Of a DNA stretch of 64,000 bases, positions 9,542-19,846 are shown one piece after another. The notes under the pieces are model-generated. The model saw nothing but the letters and a program-made list of their open reading frames with translations, was not told the DNA's origin and ran no database searches. Position 1 is the first letter of the stretch, and each line of letters starts with the position of its first letter. The translations under genes were made by a program, and so were the position numbers. Source of the DNA: Trueperaceae bacterium (GTDB lineage: Bacteria; Deinococcota; Deinococci; Deinococcales; Trueperaceae); contig OZ243956.1 in NCBI GenBank assembly GCA_965214405.1, positions 3,904,001 through 3,968,000 of the forward strand. The letters run 5' to 3'.

Positions 9542-10824
9542 CAATACTTCGGACAGGTATTGAAAAGAAGGAAGCCATCACGCTAGTTTGAATGTGTGAT
9601 GAAACAAACAGATGATGGCTTGCTAGAGATTATAGACGAAGCGCTGATAAAGATGCCAGGGGTAGGCAAATGGCAACGAGATTTTCTAAGACAGTTGTTC
9701 AGTACCGTGCTGTTGGTGTACGGCAAGCTCAACTTCAGCAACTTAGCCAGACATAGCGAACTGGATGAGAAAACGTACCGCAGAGGTTTTAGACGAGACT
9801 TTGACTTCGAGATGTTCAACCTGCATTGTCTAGGGCAACGTACTACGAGCGGCGAACTGGTGGCAGCACTAGACGCGAGCTACTTAGCTAAAAGCGGGAA
9901 ACAGACGTTTGGGCTGGGTAAATTTTACAGTGGCTGTATAGGTAGGGCAGTAAAAGGCTTAGAGATTAGTGAACTGGCTTTGATTGACCGTGACAGCCGT
10001 CAGGCATTTGCTTTTTCAACGAGGCAGACTGTGGCTAAGGCGGGGAAAAGCCGCGTTGAGCAGTATGCCGAACACGTAGAAGCCTGTGCTGAAACCTTGC
10101 CTAAAGAGGTCAACTATCTGCTGGTAGACGGCTATTACAGCAAGAAGGGGTTTGTTGACACAGTGTGTGCTCTAGGAAAGCTTGAGGTAGTGGGCAAACT
10201 ACGCTGTGACGCCAACCTACGCTATCTCTACCGAGGAGCCTACTGTGGCAAAGGACGCCCTAAACGCTATGATGGCAAGGTTGATTTTGGAGACCTGAGC
10301 CGGTTTGTTTATGAGAGCGAAACTGAACCGCAGCTTCACATCTATACGCAAACCCTTTGGCATGTTGGTTTGAAACGTCTTCTTCGCGTTGTGCTACTGC
10401 TCGATACCAGCAAAGCCAAACCTCGTTACATCTTGCTCTTTTCGACAGACCTGAGTCTTACCGGCAAGGAGATACTAGACCTTTACAAGTTACGCTTCCA
10501 AATCGAATTCCTGTTTCGGGATGCTAAACAGTTTACAGGTCTTTGTGACTGCCAAGCCAGAGATGCAAAAGCACTTGCCTTTCATTTCAACACCGCTTTA
10601 TCGGCTGTTAATCTTGCCAAGTTAGACCTTCTAAACCAGCAAGAGGGAGAGCAAGCTTTCGTCTTCTCTTTAAGCAGTTACATCCACCGTTCTTTCAGTC
10701 ACCGACTGCTTTCTCGACTTTTTGCAAGCTTAGACTTTGACCTCAGTTGCAATAAAGTTCAGTCCGCTTTTAACCATGCCCTTGCCTTCGGGCTAGCTTG
10801 TCCTTAAATCTGTCCGGAGTATTG
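9542..10824 (+). mobile_element. Insertion sequence, DDE (IS4/IS701-like), 1283 bp
   Basis: TIRs CAATACTTCGGACAG / CTGTCCGGAGTATTG (14/15); 7-bp TSD GCAGTAA at 9535-9541 and 10825-10831; lower GC. Confidence 0.92.
9596..10807 (+). CDS. DDE transposase
   Basis: ALDASY, LVDGYY, YKLRFQIEFLFRDAKQ (YREK-like). Confidence 0.9.
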   Translation: MMKQTDDGLLEIIDEALIKMPGVGKWQRDFLRQLFSTVLLVYGKLNFSNLARHSELDEKTYRRGFRRDFDFEMFNLHCLGQRTTSGELVAALDASYLAKSGKQTFGLGKFYSGCIGRAVKGLEISELALIDRDSRQAFAFSTRQTVAKAGKSRVEQYAEHVEACAETLPKEVNYLLVDGYYSKKGFVDTVCALGKLEVVGKLRCDANLRYLYRGAYCGKGRPKRYDGKVDFGDLSRFVYESETEPQLHIYTQTLWHVGLKRLLRVVLLLDTSKAKPRYILLFSTDLSLTGKEILDLYKLRFQIEFLFRDAKQFTGLCDCQARDAKALAFHFNTALSAVNLAKLDLLNQQEGEQAFVFSLSSYIHRSFSHRLLSRLFASLDFDLSCNKVQSAFNHALAFGLACP

Positions 10825-10990
10825 GCAGTAAGAGGAGTGGTAGTAAAAAGCGGATGGGTTTAGCAGCTTGCATGGGTTACCTCCCGTAAGGTGGCGCATG
10901 TGGAACAGGTACTTGCGGATGATGCGTGGAGCTACGGTTTGGTTCACCTCCTTAAAACCTATAAATCTATGCAAAAACTTGTGTAGCGGT

Positions 10991-11008
10991 ATTGTAAACG
11001 TATACAAT
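10991..11008. promoter_or_regulatory. Putative LacI-family operator
   Basis: ATTGTAAACGTATACAAT near-palindrome with central CG, between divergent SBP and LacI genes. Confidence 0.7.
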
Positions 11009-11089
11009 AGAAATTGCAAGGGTCTCTCAATCAACAAGCACCGTGAGCGAAAGGGCGAGACTAACGAGGAGGTGGTTACTGTAGCCAGT

Positions 11090-12091
11090 ATGAACGACGT
11101 TGCCGCGCACGCGGGCGTGTCGAACGCCACCGTGTCGCGCGTGTTGAGCGATAAACCTCACGTGAGTGAAGAGGTGCGGGCCAGGGTTTACAGGGCGGTG
11201 GAGGCCCTGGGCTATCAGCCCGACACCACCGCGCGCCGTTTGCGCTCGCAGACCACGAGTCAGGTCATCGGGCTTATTGTCTCGGATATCCAAAACCCAC
11301 ACTTCGCCGCGCTGGTGCGGGGCGTGGAGGACGTGGCCTTCGAGCACCGGATGAACGTGATTTTGTGCAACACGGACGAGCAGGGCGCGCGCGAAGCGTT
11401 TTACATTAAACTCATGCAGTCCGAGCGTGCGGCGGGCCTGCTGATTAACCCCATAGGCGAGGAGGCTCCCGGCCTGCTCTCTCAGGTTCAGGCGCTGGGT
11501 ACGGCGCTGGTCTTTTTGGACAACAGCGTGGCTGATTTGCCTTTTGACTCGATTGGGGTGGACGACCGAGAGGGCGCGGCGGCGGCGGTGCAGCATCTTA
11601 TGAACCTTGGCTACCGGCGCGTCGGCATGGTGGGCGGGCGCATGAGCCAGTCCACCGGGCGCAGGCGCTTCGAGGGGTATTGCGACGCGCTTTTGAACAA
11701 GCTCGAGCTGGACGCCAGCCTAGTGATAGAAACTGACTTCTCAGAGGCGGGCGGGTACGGAGCAACCCGTAAGCTCCTGCAACACAGCGCGCCGCCCGAC
11801 GCCCTCTTCTGCGCCAACAACTCCGCTACGCTGGGTGCGCTCCGTGCGGCGCGCGAACTCGGCGTACGCATTCCGCACGATCTGGCACTGGTGTCATTCG
11901 ACGATGTGCCGTGGGGCGCGTTTCTAGACCCGCCCCTGACCGCCGTCGCGCAGCCCTCCTATGACATCGGTGTACAGGCGGCGCGGCTGTTAAAAGAGCG
12001 GCTTGAGGATAAAACACGACCGCCGCGCAACCTAGAGTTACCCACCCGGCTCATTGTGCGTGAATCTTGCGGTAGTAGGTTGGCAAAGTGA
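11090..12091 (+). CDS. LacI family transcriptional regulator
   Basis: MNDVAAHAGVSNATVSRVL HTH; periplasmic-binding-type C-terminus; start could be GTG 11072. Confidence 0.93.
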   Translation: MNDVAAHAGVSNATVSRVLSDKPHVSEEVRARVYRAVEALGYQPDTTARRLRSQTTSQVIGLIVSDIQNPHFAALVRGVEDVAFEHRMNVILCNTDEQGAREAFYIKLMQSERAAGLLINPIGEEAPGLLSQVQALGTALVFLDNSVADLPFDSIGVDDREGAAAAVQHLMNLGYRRVGMVGGRMSQSTGRRRFEGYCDALLNKLELDASLVIETDFSEAGGYGATRKLLQHSAPPDALFCANNSATLGALRAARELGVRIPHDLALVSFDDVPWGAFLDPPLTAVAQPSYDIGVQAARLLKERLEDKTRPPRNLELPTRLIVRESCGSRLAK

Positions 12092-13515
12092 CAAACGCAC
12101 CCAACATCGTCATCATCCACGTGGACCAGTACCGCGACGACTGCTTCTCGCTACGCGGTCATCCGGTGGTGGACACGCCCACCTTAGACCAGTTGGCCCG
12201 CTCGGGCGCAGACTTCCGCAGCGCCTACAGCGAGTGCCCCATCTGCATTCCGGCGCGGCACACCGCGCTCACCGGCATGGACCCGCAGGCAACCGGGGTC
12301 ATGGGTTTCGAAACCCGCGCGCGCATCGCCCGCCCCGACCTGACCCTGCCCGCTCTCCTTAAACACGCGGGTTACCAGACCGCCCACGTCGGACGCGACT
12401 GGCACCAGTACCCCGCGCACGCGCACTACGGCTTTGAAATCTATGACGCCGACCCGTTCGCCGAGCAGTACGCCACGTTTCACAGCCTATTTATCCCCGG
12501 CAACCACCGCGCCAAACCCAACTGGCCGCACGACCTCACGCACGGCTTGGGTCCGAACAGCAGCCGCGCCCGCCCCTGGCCCTATGAAGAAGAATTTCAC
12601 CAGACGAACTTCGCGGTCAACAAAGGCATCGAGTTTTTAGAGCGGCGCGACCTTGAACGTCCGTTTTTGCTCTCACTCGGTACCGTCGCGCCGCACCCGC
12701 CGCTGGTGCCCCCAGCTTGTTATTTGGAGCGTTATTTAGGGCTGGACATGGACGCCCCCGCCATCGGCGACTGGGCGAGGCGTCCCACGAATGACGAGCT
12801 GGGTCTGGGTCCTGAAAGCGGCAGACAGGTACTCGAGGGAAGGCGGCTGCACGAGGCCAAGGCCGGTTACTACGGGCTCATCAGCCATTTAGACGACCAG
12901 TTGGCCCTGTTTCTCCGCAAGCTGAGAAGACGAGAGGACAATGTGTACGTCTTCTTTATAAGCGACCACGGCGAGATGCTGGGCGACCACTTTTTCTGGC
13001 GCAAATCCCTGCCTTACGAGGGGTCGGCGCACATCCCCTTCTTGCTGTCCGGACCGGACATCGAACCCGGTACCGTCGTCAGTGCTCCCGTCGGCCTGCA
13101 AGACCTTCTACCGACCTGCTGCGACATAGCCGGTATAGCGGTGCCCGAGGGGGTCACCGGACGCAGCGTTCTCGGGCTTGCCCGCCACGAAACCGTCCCA
13201 GACTGGCGCGAGTGGCTTCACGGCGAGCACGCCCCCATGAAGGACGTGTTTCCCGGGATGCACTACCTGACCGACGGCGCGCGCAAGTACATCTGGTTTT
13301 TAGATGGGCTCGAGCAGTTTTTCGACTTAGGGCGCGACCCCAAGGAACTAAACAACCTGATTCACGCCGGGGCGTACCAAGACCAGGTCGTCCTCTGGCG
13401 CGAGCGCCTCATAAAGAGACTCGCCGGGCGACCCGAAGGCTTCAGCGACGGATACCGGCTCATTCCGGGCGTAAGGTATGAGAAACACAACTCGAGGGCG
13501 GTGGTGGACGTTTGA
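12088..13515 (+). CDS. Sulfatase (formylglycine-dependent)
   Basis: PNIVIIHVDQ, CIPAR (CxPxR), SDHGEMLGDH motifs. Confidence 0.92.
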   Translation: MTNAPNIVIIHVDQYRDDCFSLRGHPVVDTPTLDQLARSGADFRSAYSECPICIPARHTALTGMDPQATGVMGFETRARIARPDLTLPALLKHAGYQTAHVGRDWHQYPAHAHYGFEIYDADPFAEQYATFHSLFIPGNHRAKPNWPHDLTHGLGPNSSRARPWPYEEEFHQTNFAVNKGIEFLERRDLERPFLLSLGTVAPHPPLVPPACYLERYLGLDMDAPAIGDWARRPTNDELGLGPESGRQVLEGRRLHEAKAGYYGLISHLDDQLALFLRKLRRREDNVYVFFISDHGEMLGDHFFWRKSLPYEGSAHIPFLLSGPDIEPGTVVSAPVGLQDLLPTCCDIAGIAVPEGVTGRSVLGLARHETVPDWREWLHGEHAPMKDVFPGMHYLTDGARKYIWFLDGLEQFFDLGRDPKELNNLIHAGAYQDQVVLWRERLIKRLAGRPEGFSDGYRLIPGVRYEKHNSRAVVDV

Positions 13516-13646
13516 GTGGTGGACATGTGAATAGCGGGCCAACTCACCTTACGCAGAAGCCGTTATGTAGAGACGATTGAGAGGATGCAGCCTAAAGGAC
13601 ACAATGTGAATACACGACGTGAGAAACACAGCATGAGAGACGAAGC

Positions 13647-14719
13647 GTGACCCCCCTCACCCTGGGCATCGTCGGCGCGGGCAACATCGCGGGGCCTTAT
13701 ATCACCGACCTAAAAAAGGACCCCAACGTGAGGGTCAAAGGAATAACGGACGTCGCGCTCGAGCGGGCAAGCGCCCTCGCCGCCGAACATAACCTCATAG
13801 TTTACGAGAGTTTGGACGCGCTACTGGCCGACGATGAGATCGACCTCGTTGTCAACCTCACCATTCACCACGCGCACTTTGAGGTGAACAAGCAGTGCCT
13901 GGAGGCGAACAAGCACGTCTACAGCGAAAACCGCTGGCACTGCGTTATAACGAGGCCAAAGAGCTGGTGGATCTGGCGGACGCCAAGGGCTTACGTCTGG
14001 GCGCGGCCCCCTTTACCTTTCTGTACGAGTCGCATCAGGTCGCCTGGGACTGGGTGCGCGCGGGCAAACTCGGACGGGCGCGGCTCGTTTACGCCGAGGT
14101 GAACTGGGGCCGTATGGAGAGCTGGCACCCCAACCCCGCCCCCTACTATGAGGTGGGACCGCTGGCCGACGTCGGCGTCTACCCGCTCACCTTTTTAACC
14201 GCCGTTTTCGGCCCCGTGCGCGAGGTGACGACCCTGACCACCACCCTAAAAAAAGACCGCGTGACCCTGGACGGTGAGGCCTTCAAACTCAGCAGCCCCG
14301 ACTTCTGGCTCTGCGTCCTCAAACACGCCTCGGGCGTGTTGACCCGTCTCACCGCGAACTTTTATGTGACGCACTCGAGCAAACAGGGCGGTATCGAGAT
14401 TCACGGCGACGCGCGGTCTCTCTTTTTGTCGAGCTGGCTGTGGCCCAATGGCACGGTGGAAGTCGCCGATTTTAACGAACCCTATAAACTTTTACCCCTA
14501 CAGGAAAGCTTTGGGGAAAAAGAAATCCATTGGGGCACCGGTCTCCGCGACATGGTGAGCAGCATGACAAGGCGCGAGCCACACCGCACCACGGGTGCCC
14601 ACGCCGCGCACATCGTCGAGGTTTTGGAGGCCGCGCACACCTCGAGCGCGACAGGTGAGAGCGTGAGGGTGCGCTCGGACTTTCCACCGCCCGCGCCCTC
14701 TGACGCTATAAACGTTTGA
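13647..14719 (+). pseudogene. Gfo/Idh/MocA oxidoreductase, frameshifted
   Basis: GIVGAGNI N-terminus; conserved EKP split by a 1-nt loss in the A-run at 13927-13930; C-terminal half in another frame. Confidence 0.8.
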
Positions 14720-14842
14720 GACAGGTTTTGAACAGGTGACGTTATCTACCGGATATCGCTCTATGAGATACAACACCCAGCAGCGTCCGTAAAAAGTAGG
14801 ATGTTAGGCTGTTGCCTACTTACGGACCTCTTTACATAAGCT

Positions 14843-16225
14843 TTACACGGCACTTTTTTCCGCTCCCGCCACCCTCTCTATCACCACCGCAACCTCCTTG
14901 GCGATGGTCTCAACGCGCTCCCGGTCGGGACCCTCGACCATCACCCGAACAAGGGCTTCGGTGCCGCTCGGGCGCAGGTTGATGCGCCCCTCTCCCAACC
15001 GGGTTTCGGCCTCCCGCAGCGCCGCCTGAACCTCCTCGTGTTTTGCTAACTGCGCTTTTGTCTGAGGCGTGACGCGGACGTTGAGGAGCGTTTGGGGATA
15101 AACGGGGACGTCGTCTACCCACGCTTCCAAAGACCGCCCCGACTTGCGAACCGCCGCGAGCGTTTGCAGGGCGCTCAGGAGACCGTCGCCGGTAGGGGCT
15201 TTATCGAGAAAGAGCAGGTGTCCCGACTGCTCCCCGCCGAGCGTCAGCCCCTCGCGCCGCAGCGCCTCGAACACATAACGGTCGCCAACCTGGGCGCGCA
15301 AGAGCACGACGCCTTGCTCTTTGAGGTAGTGCTCCGTCCCGCCGTTACTCATGAGCGTGGCGACGACCCGTTTTTCACCGCGCACCACCGCGCAAATCGC
15401 CAGCATGTGGTCGCCCGTGACCAGGCGGCCCCGGCGGTCGACCAGCAGCGCCCGGTCGGCGTCGCCGTCAAAGGTCACGCCGACGTCTAAGCCCGCCGCC
15501 ACCACGCGCGCCTGGAGCGCTTGCGGATGCGTCGAGCCGCTCTCCACGTTGATGTTGTCGCCGTCGGGCCGGGCGTTGATGACGTCTAAGCGCGCGCCCA
15601 ACTTCTTAAACACCTCCGGCGCGATGAGGTAGCTCGAGCCGTTGGCGCAGTCTAAACCCACCCGCAGTCCGTCCAGATAGGGCGCGTTTTGAAGCAAAAA
15701 TTCGGCGTACTCATCCTCTTGTTTTTCGTGGCGGCGCGACGTGCCGATGGCCGCGCCCGTGACGGGCTCGAGGGTACCAAGCTCAAGAGTCTCGTCCAGC
15801 CGCGCCTCGATACGCGCCTCCGCCTCGTCGGACAGCTTCTCGCCCGCCGCGCCAAAAAACTTGATGCCGTTGTCCTCAAAAGGATTGTGCGACGCGCTCA
15901 CCACCACGCCCGCGTCCGCGCCCAAGTGACGCGTGAGGTACGAGACGCCGGGGGTGGGGATGACGCCCGCTAAAATCACGTCGACCCCCCTCGAGGTGAG
16001 CCCCGCCGCGAGGGCGTGCATGAGCATCGGCCCGGAGCGCCGCGTGTCGGTGCCGACGACCAGCTTAGGCCTGGCAACGCCTGAAGCCTTGAGACTTTCC
16101 GCCGCCGCCACGCCCAAGCGCAGGGCAAAGGTGGCGGTCACGGGCTCCGTCCCGGCCACGCCGCGCACGCCGTCGGTGCCGAAGTAGCGCCTTGTTGAGG
16201 TTGAGAAAGGTTGGTCTGGTCGCAT
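14843..16225 (-). CDS. glmM: Phosphoglucosamine mutase
   Basis: YFGTDGVRG, SASHNP, FDGDADR, GGEQSGH, RPSGTE; TAAAAT 7 nt before ATG 16225. Confidence 0.95.
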   Translation of the reverse strand: MRPDQPFSTSTRRYFGTDGVRGVAGTEPVTATFALRLGVAAAESLKASGVARPKLVVGTDTRRSGPMLMHALAAGLTSRGVDVILAGVIPTPGVSYLTRHLGADAGVVVSASHNPFEDNGIKFFGAAGEKLSDEAEARIEARLDETLELGTLEPVTGAAIGTSRRHEKQEDEYAEFLLQNAPYLDGLRVGLDCANGSSYLIAPEVFKKLGARLDVINARPDGDNINVESGSTHPQALQARVVAAGLDVGVTFDGDADRALLVDRRGRLVTGDHMLAICAVVRGEKRVVATLMSNGGTEHYLKEQGVVLLRAQVGDRYVFEALRREGLTLGGEQSGHLLFLDKAPTGDGLLSALQTLAAVRKSGRSLEAWVDDVPVYPQTLLNVRVTPQTKAQLAKHEEVQAALREAETRLGEGRINLRPSGTEALVRVMVEGPDRERVETIAKEVAVVIERVAGAEKSAV

Positions 16226-16430
16226 GGGCGCTATTTTAGCGCGTTTCGTGGTGGTTTTCATAAGTGCCGCGCTTAACTTGCACCTCCGGCACTCGAGCCC
16301 AAGGCAAAATGGGGGAGGTCTGTACGGGTTTGCTGGACCCTCTCGAGGGGGTGACGAGGCTTATACGGCACACAGCACTGGGGCGACACCCGTAACGTTT
16401 AGGGAACACTGCATATTTTAGAATAAAAGT

Positions 16431-17288
16431 ATGGCATCTCTCAATTTCTTTTCTTTTGACCATGACACCGCTCAGGCTGTTTCCCCGGCCCTCTTGAACC
16501 GTATCTGCGTGCGCCCGCCCTACTTCAACCTGCAGCGTCTGCGTCTTATGGACGGCACCCTTCACGCGGTCGCCTCGGCGGAGCTGGAGGTGGGCCGCGA
16601 ACGCGCGCCCATGAGCGCCGCCGAGGTGGGTCGGCACGCCGCCATCGCCGGACTCTGCGCCGCCGCGCTCGCACAAGAAGACGACGCCAGGCGCTATTAC
16701 CTGGCGCGGCGCGCCCACTTCACGGGTCACAGCGTCGCCAAACTCTATGGTGAGGTCCAGTTTCAGGCGCGGCTCACGCACTTAGACAAAAGGCAGGCGG
16801 ACGCGCAGGTGGTCGTTTCAGTGGATGACGAGCCCCTGGCTCATCTGGAGGTTCACTACACGGTACTGACCGAAAGCGCTTTCGGGCGGCTTTTTAGAGC
16901 TAAACAGGGCGGCACCGTCTTCACCCCCGGCTACGCCGCCGAACTGGACGGGACCCTTTACAAAAGCCGGGACGAGGCGCTGTTCGACGTGCCGGTGATT
17001 CCCCTCGAGGTCTGCGCGGGTCACTTCGAACGCCACCCGGCGCTGCCGGTCGCGGTGCTGATGAGTTACCTTACCCGTCTCGGGGGCAAGCTCGTGCGCG
17101 GCCCCTACCGCTCCGTCTACGGGGCTGTGGAGGCCGACGACCTTTGCTGGGCGGGCGAGGGCGTGCGCTTCGAGGTCGCGCGTACCTGCCAGGAGGGTCC
17201 GCGCCACCACTTCCTCGGCCAGGCGATAAGCGGCGGCGCGGTCAAGGGCAAGATGACGTTCGCGCTCGAGGAGGTCGATATTGGGTAG
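16431..17288 (+). CDS. Hypothetical protein, probable double hotdog fold (AfsA/FabA-like)
   Basis: AEVGRHAA (cf. AfsA E-x-x-RQ helix) and GHFERHPALPVAVLM (cf. FabZ GHFP..P..PG); TAGAAT 6 nt before ATG. Confidence 0.55.
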   Translation: MASLNFFSFDHDTAQAVSPALLNRICVRPPYFNLQRLRLMDGTLHAVASAELEVGRERAPMSAAEVGRHAAIAGLCAAALAQEDDARRYYLARRAHFTGHSVAKLYGEVQFQARLTHLDKRQADAQVVVSVDDEPLAHLEVHYTVLTESAFGRLFRAKQGGTVFTPGYAAELDGTLYKSRDEALFDVPVIPLEVCAGHFERHPALPVAVLMSYLTRLGGKLVRGPYRSVYGAVEADDLCWAGEGVRFEVARTCQEGPRHHFLGQAISGGAVKGKMTFALEEVDIG

Positions 17289-17691
17289 GCGCTAAAAATA
17301 CAGACGGAGATTATATCCGTAATCTGCTGAGACAAATGGCCGCAGGTATATTCTCGGTAAGTGAGTGCTGAACACTACTTTGTGGACTCAGCAAGACCAG
17401 CGCCCCAAAATCTTCTTACTCCTGACTTCTTGCTCCTTGCTTCTCTCGTCCAGCATCTTGAGACCCCGCTTGGCTAAGTCAGAATATCAACTCACCTTGC
17501 GCAAGCCTGATGCTACGGACTCACAGGGAAAGAACGTTAGGGAACACAAAATAAAGAATAGAGAATGGAAAAGTCTGTCTATATTTTGCCTTCTGTATCC
17601 TCCACGCCTCGTCAGGCGTGGTCGCCCCCGCTACAACCCGTTTTAAACGGCTCCTCAGCCACTTGTGTGTAAGGTGAGATATTAACAAACC

Positions 17692-19671
17692 TTAGTTAAC
17701 GACCTTGCTGCACGCGGAAGTGCCCGCCGCGCTTTCCTCATGGTAAAACAGCGCTTGCAACTCAGACGACGGCATCGGTTTGGCGAAGTAGTATCCCTGG
17801 CCCAGGTGGACGCCGAGGCTGCCCAGAAGCTCCGTCTGCGCGGCGGTCTCGACGCCTTCGGCGACCACTTCTAAGTCCAGGGTCTGGGCGATGGAAACGA
17901 TGGCCTGCACCAGCGCGAGCGCGAAGTGCGGCGCGCCCAAAGGCTGACCCAGGTCGGCAATAAAGGTGCGGTCCACCTTGATGGTGTCGATGGGCAGATG
18001 GCGCAGATAAGCGAGCGACGAGTAGCCCGTGCCAAAGTCGTCAATCGCCACGCGCACCCCCAGGCGTTGCAGCCGCGTGAGCGTTTTCGACACGTGCTCC
18101 GCGTCTCGCAAGACCGCGCTTTCGGTCAGTTCTAACTCCAAATGCCTTGGGCTAAGCCCGGTCGCGTCCAGCGTGCGGCGCACCGTGTCGAAGAAGTCAG
18201 GCTGGGCAAACTGCAACGGTGACACGTTGACCGCTACCGGCAGCGGGCGGTGGCCGGAACGCCCCCACGCGGCGTTTTGACGGCAGGCGCTGTGAAGCAC
18301 CCACGCGCCCAGTTCGTTGATAAGGCTGCTCTCTTCCGCCACCGGAATAAACGTGTCGGGCGGGACCAGCCCCAGCTCCGGGTGCCGCCACCTTAGCAGC
18401 GCCTCGAGCTTGCTTATCTGCCCCTTGCGCAGGTCGAGGAGCGGTTGGTAGTGAAGCTCTAATTCCCCACGCGTCGCCGCGCCGCGCAGGTCGTGCTCGA
18501 GCCGCCGCCGCAATTCCACGCCCGCGTCCGCCGCGGCGGAAAAGCGCTTGACGCCGTCTCGCCCGCCCGCCTTGACCTGATACATGGCGCTGTCGGCGTG
18601 CTTGAGGAGCGCGTCGGCGCTGTCGCCATCCTCCGGAAAGAGGCTGAAGCCCAGGCTGGCGCTCATCGCAACCGTCTGCCCGCACACGACGAAGGGGGCT
18701 TCGAAGGCACCTTTGAGCTTGCGCACGACCCCCTCCGCGTCCTCAGCATGGTGAACATCTTCCATGAGCAGCACGAACTCGTCGCCGCTCATGCGCGCCA
18801 GCAGGTCTTGGGCTCGCACCGCCTCCTTGAGACGCGCCGCCACCCCCTCGAGTAACTCGTCGCCCGCTTCGTGACCGAGGGTGTCGTTGACGGATTTGAA
18901 ACGGTCGAGGTCGATAAACACAACCGCGCACAGGCCTCCACGCGCTTTCACCCGCTCCAGCGTGTCGCGCAGAACGTTTTCGAAGTGCAGCCGGTTGGGC
19001 AGGCCGGTCAGCGCGTCTGTATGCGCGAGGCGGGCCATCACTTCGCCGTGAGCGTGCGCCTTGAGGGCGATGTCTTTATAAACGCTAAAGGTGCGGGTCA
19101 CGAAAATAGTCGTGAGGTTGGCGAGGTTGAGCTGTATAAACGCGTAAAGCGCGTCTCTATTTGGCTCACCAGACTGAACGATGACGTCCGCCGCGCTCAT
19201 CAGGAGCAAGAGGACGCTGGTCACGCCCGCGCTCACGCGGCCGAGCCTAAGCCCCGGCACGAGAAATGCCAGCACGTAGAGGATGGGCACCCAAAAAAAC
19301 GTCTCGGTGAGCTCTTTGGGAATGTCCATACCCGCGGGCGCAAAGAACAGCAGGTAACTCGCCTTGACGACGAAGAAGGCACCCGCGCCGGTGACGAGCG
19401 CGGAGGTCACCTCCTTGAGACGGTTCGGGAATACCAGCAAAACGACTTGTAAAAGCGTGATGCCGACGGCGCAGAGGCTGTAAGCGACGCGGTCGAAGCG
19501 TCCCCCGAGCGAGCCGGGCACCTCGAACAAGAGCCCCAGTACAAAAGCGAGGGCCGCGCAGAACATCCCGGCGAGCACCACGCGGCGCCAGGCGGGGTTG
19601 TGGAGCGGCTCGTCGGCCAAAGTAGCGCTTGCCGGGGGCGGTTGACGCTTGAAGAAGTGGGTAAGGGTCAT
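17692..19671 (-). CDS. Membrane-bound diguanylate cyclase/phosphodiesterase (GGDEF-EAL)
   Basis: ~6 TM N-terminus; DALTGLPNR, SGDEF, EALLRW, DDFGTGYSSL, AEGVE. Confidence 0.95.
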   Translation of the reverse strand: MTLTHFFKRQPPPASATLADEPLHNPAWRRVVLAGMFCAALAFVLGLLFEVPGSLGGRFDRVAYSLCAVGITLLQVVLLVFPNRLKEVTSALVTGAGAFFVVKASYLLFFAPAGMDIPKELTETFFWVPILYVLAFLVPGLRLGRVSAGVTSVLLLLMSAADVIVQSGEPNRDALYAFIQLNLANLTTIFVTRTFSVYKDIALKAHAHGEVMARLAHTDALTGLPNRLHFENVLRDTLERVKARGGLCAVVFIDLDRFKSVNDTLGHEAGDELLEGVAARLKEAVRAQDLLARMSGDEFVLLMEDVHHAEDAEGVVRKLKGAFEAPFVVCGQTVAMSASLGFSLFPEDGDSADALLKHADSAMYQVKAGGRDGVKRFSAAADAGVELRRRLEHDLRGAATRGELELHYQPLLDLRKGQISKLEALLRWRHPELGLVPPDTFIPVAEESSLINELGAWVLHSACRQNAAWGRSGHRPLPVAVNVSPLQFAQPDFFDTVRRTLDATGLSPRHLELELTESAVLRDAEHVSKTLTRLQRLGVRVAIDDFGTGYSSLAYLRHLPIDTIKVDRTFIADLGQPLGAPHFALALVQAIVSIAQTLDLEVVAEGVETAAQTELLGSLGVHLGQGYYFAKPMPSSELQALFYHEESAAGTSACSKVVN

Positions 19672-19846
19672 AATGAGTACCTGGTGCCTCGCAGAGCAGG
19701 TTCCCTAAGGTACTAAACTGTGTCTGACAAAGTTCTTACAAAAGTATGGTGCATCCTCCGCAGCTACCGACTGCCGCTCAAACCGCAGGGCGTGTGCTAC
19801 GGCCCCCATTCTTCTACAGCCCCCGACTCCCTCTAACCTAAACGCC

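Larger units (their letters stand above)
8318..10873 (-). pseudogene. Sugar ABC solute-binding protein interrupted by an IS in its signal peptide
   Basis: Mature part 8318-9541 (QPDVFQTWGGG, ETWDQF); native start ATG 10873 with GGAGG RBS; removing the IS restores MQAAKPIRFLLPLLLLPLLFVFGLAFAQ. Confidence 0.88.

Noticed and set aside
16300..16400. c-di-GMP riboswitch, glmS ribozyme or hammerhead
   Set aside because: Only fragments (GGCAAA, TGACGAGG) match; the required cores are missing.
17365..17646. 93-aa ORF in a lower-GC intergenic gap
   Set aside because: No RBS, leaderless signal or motif; cannot be supported.
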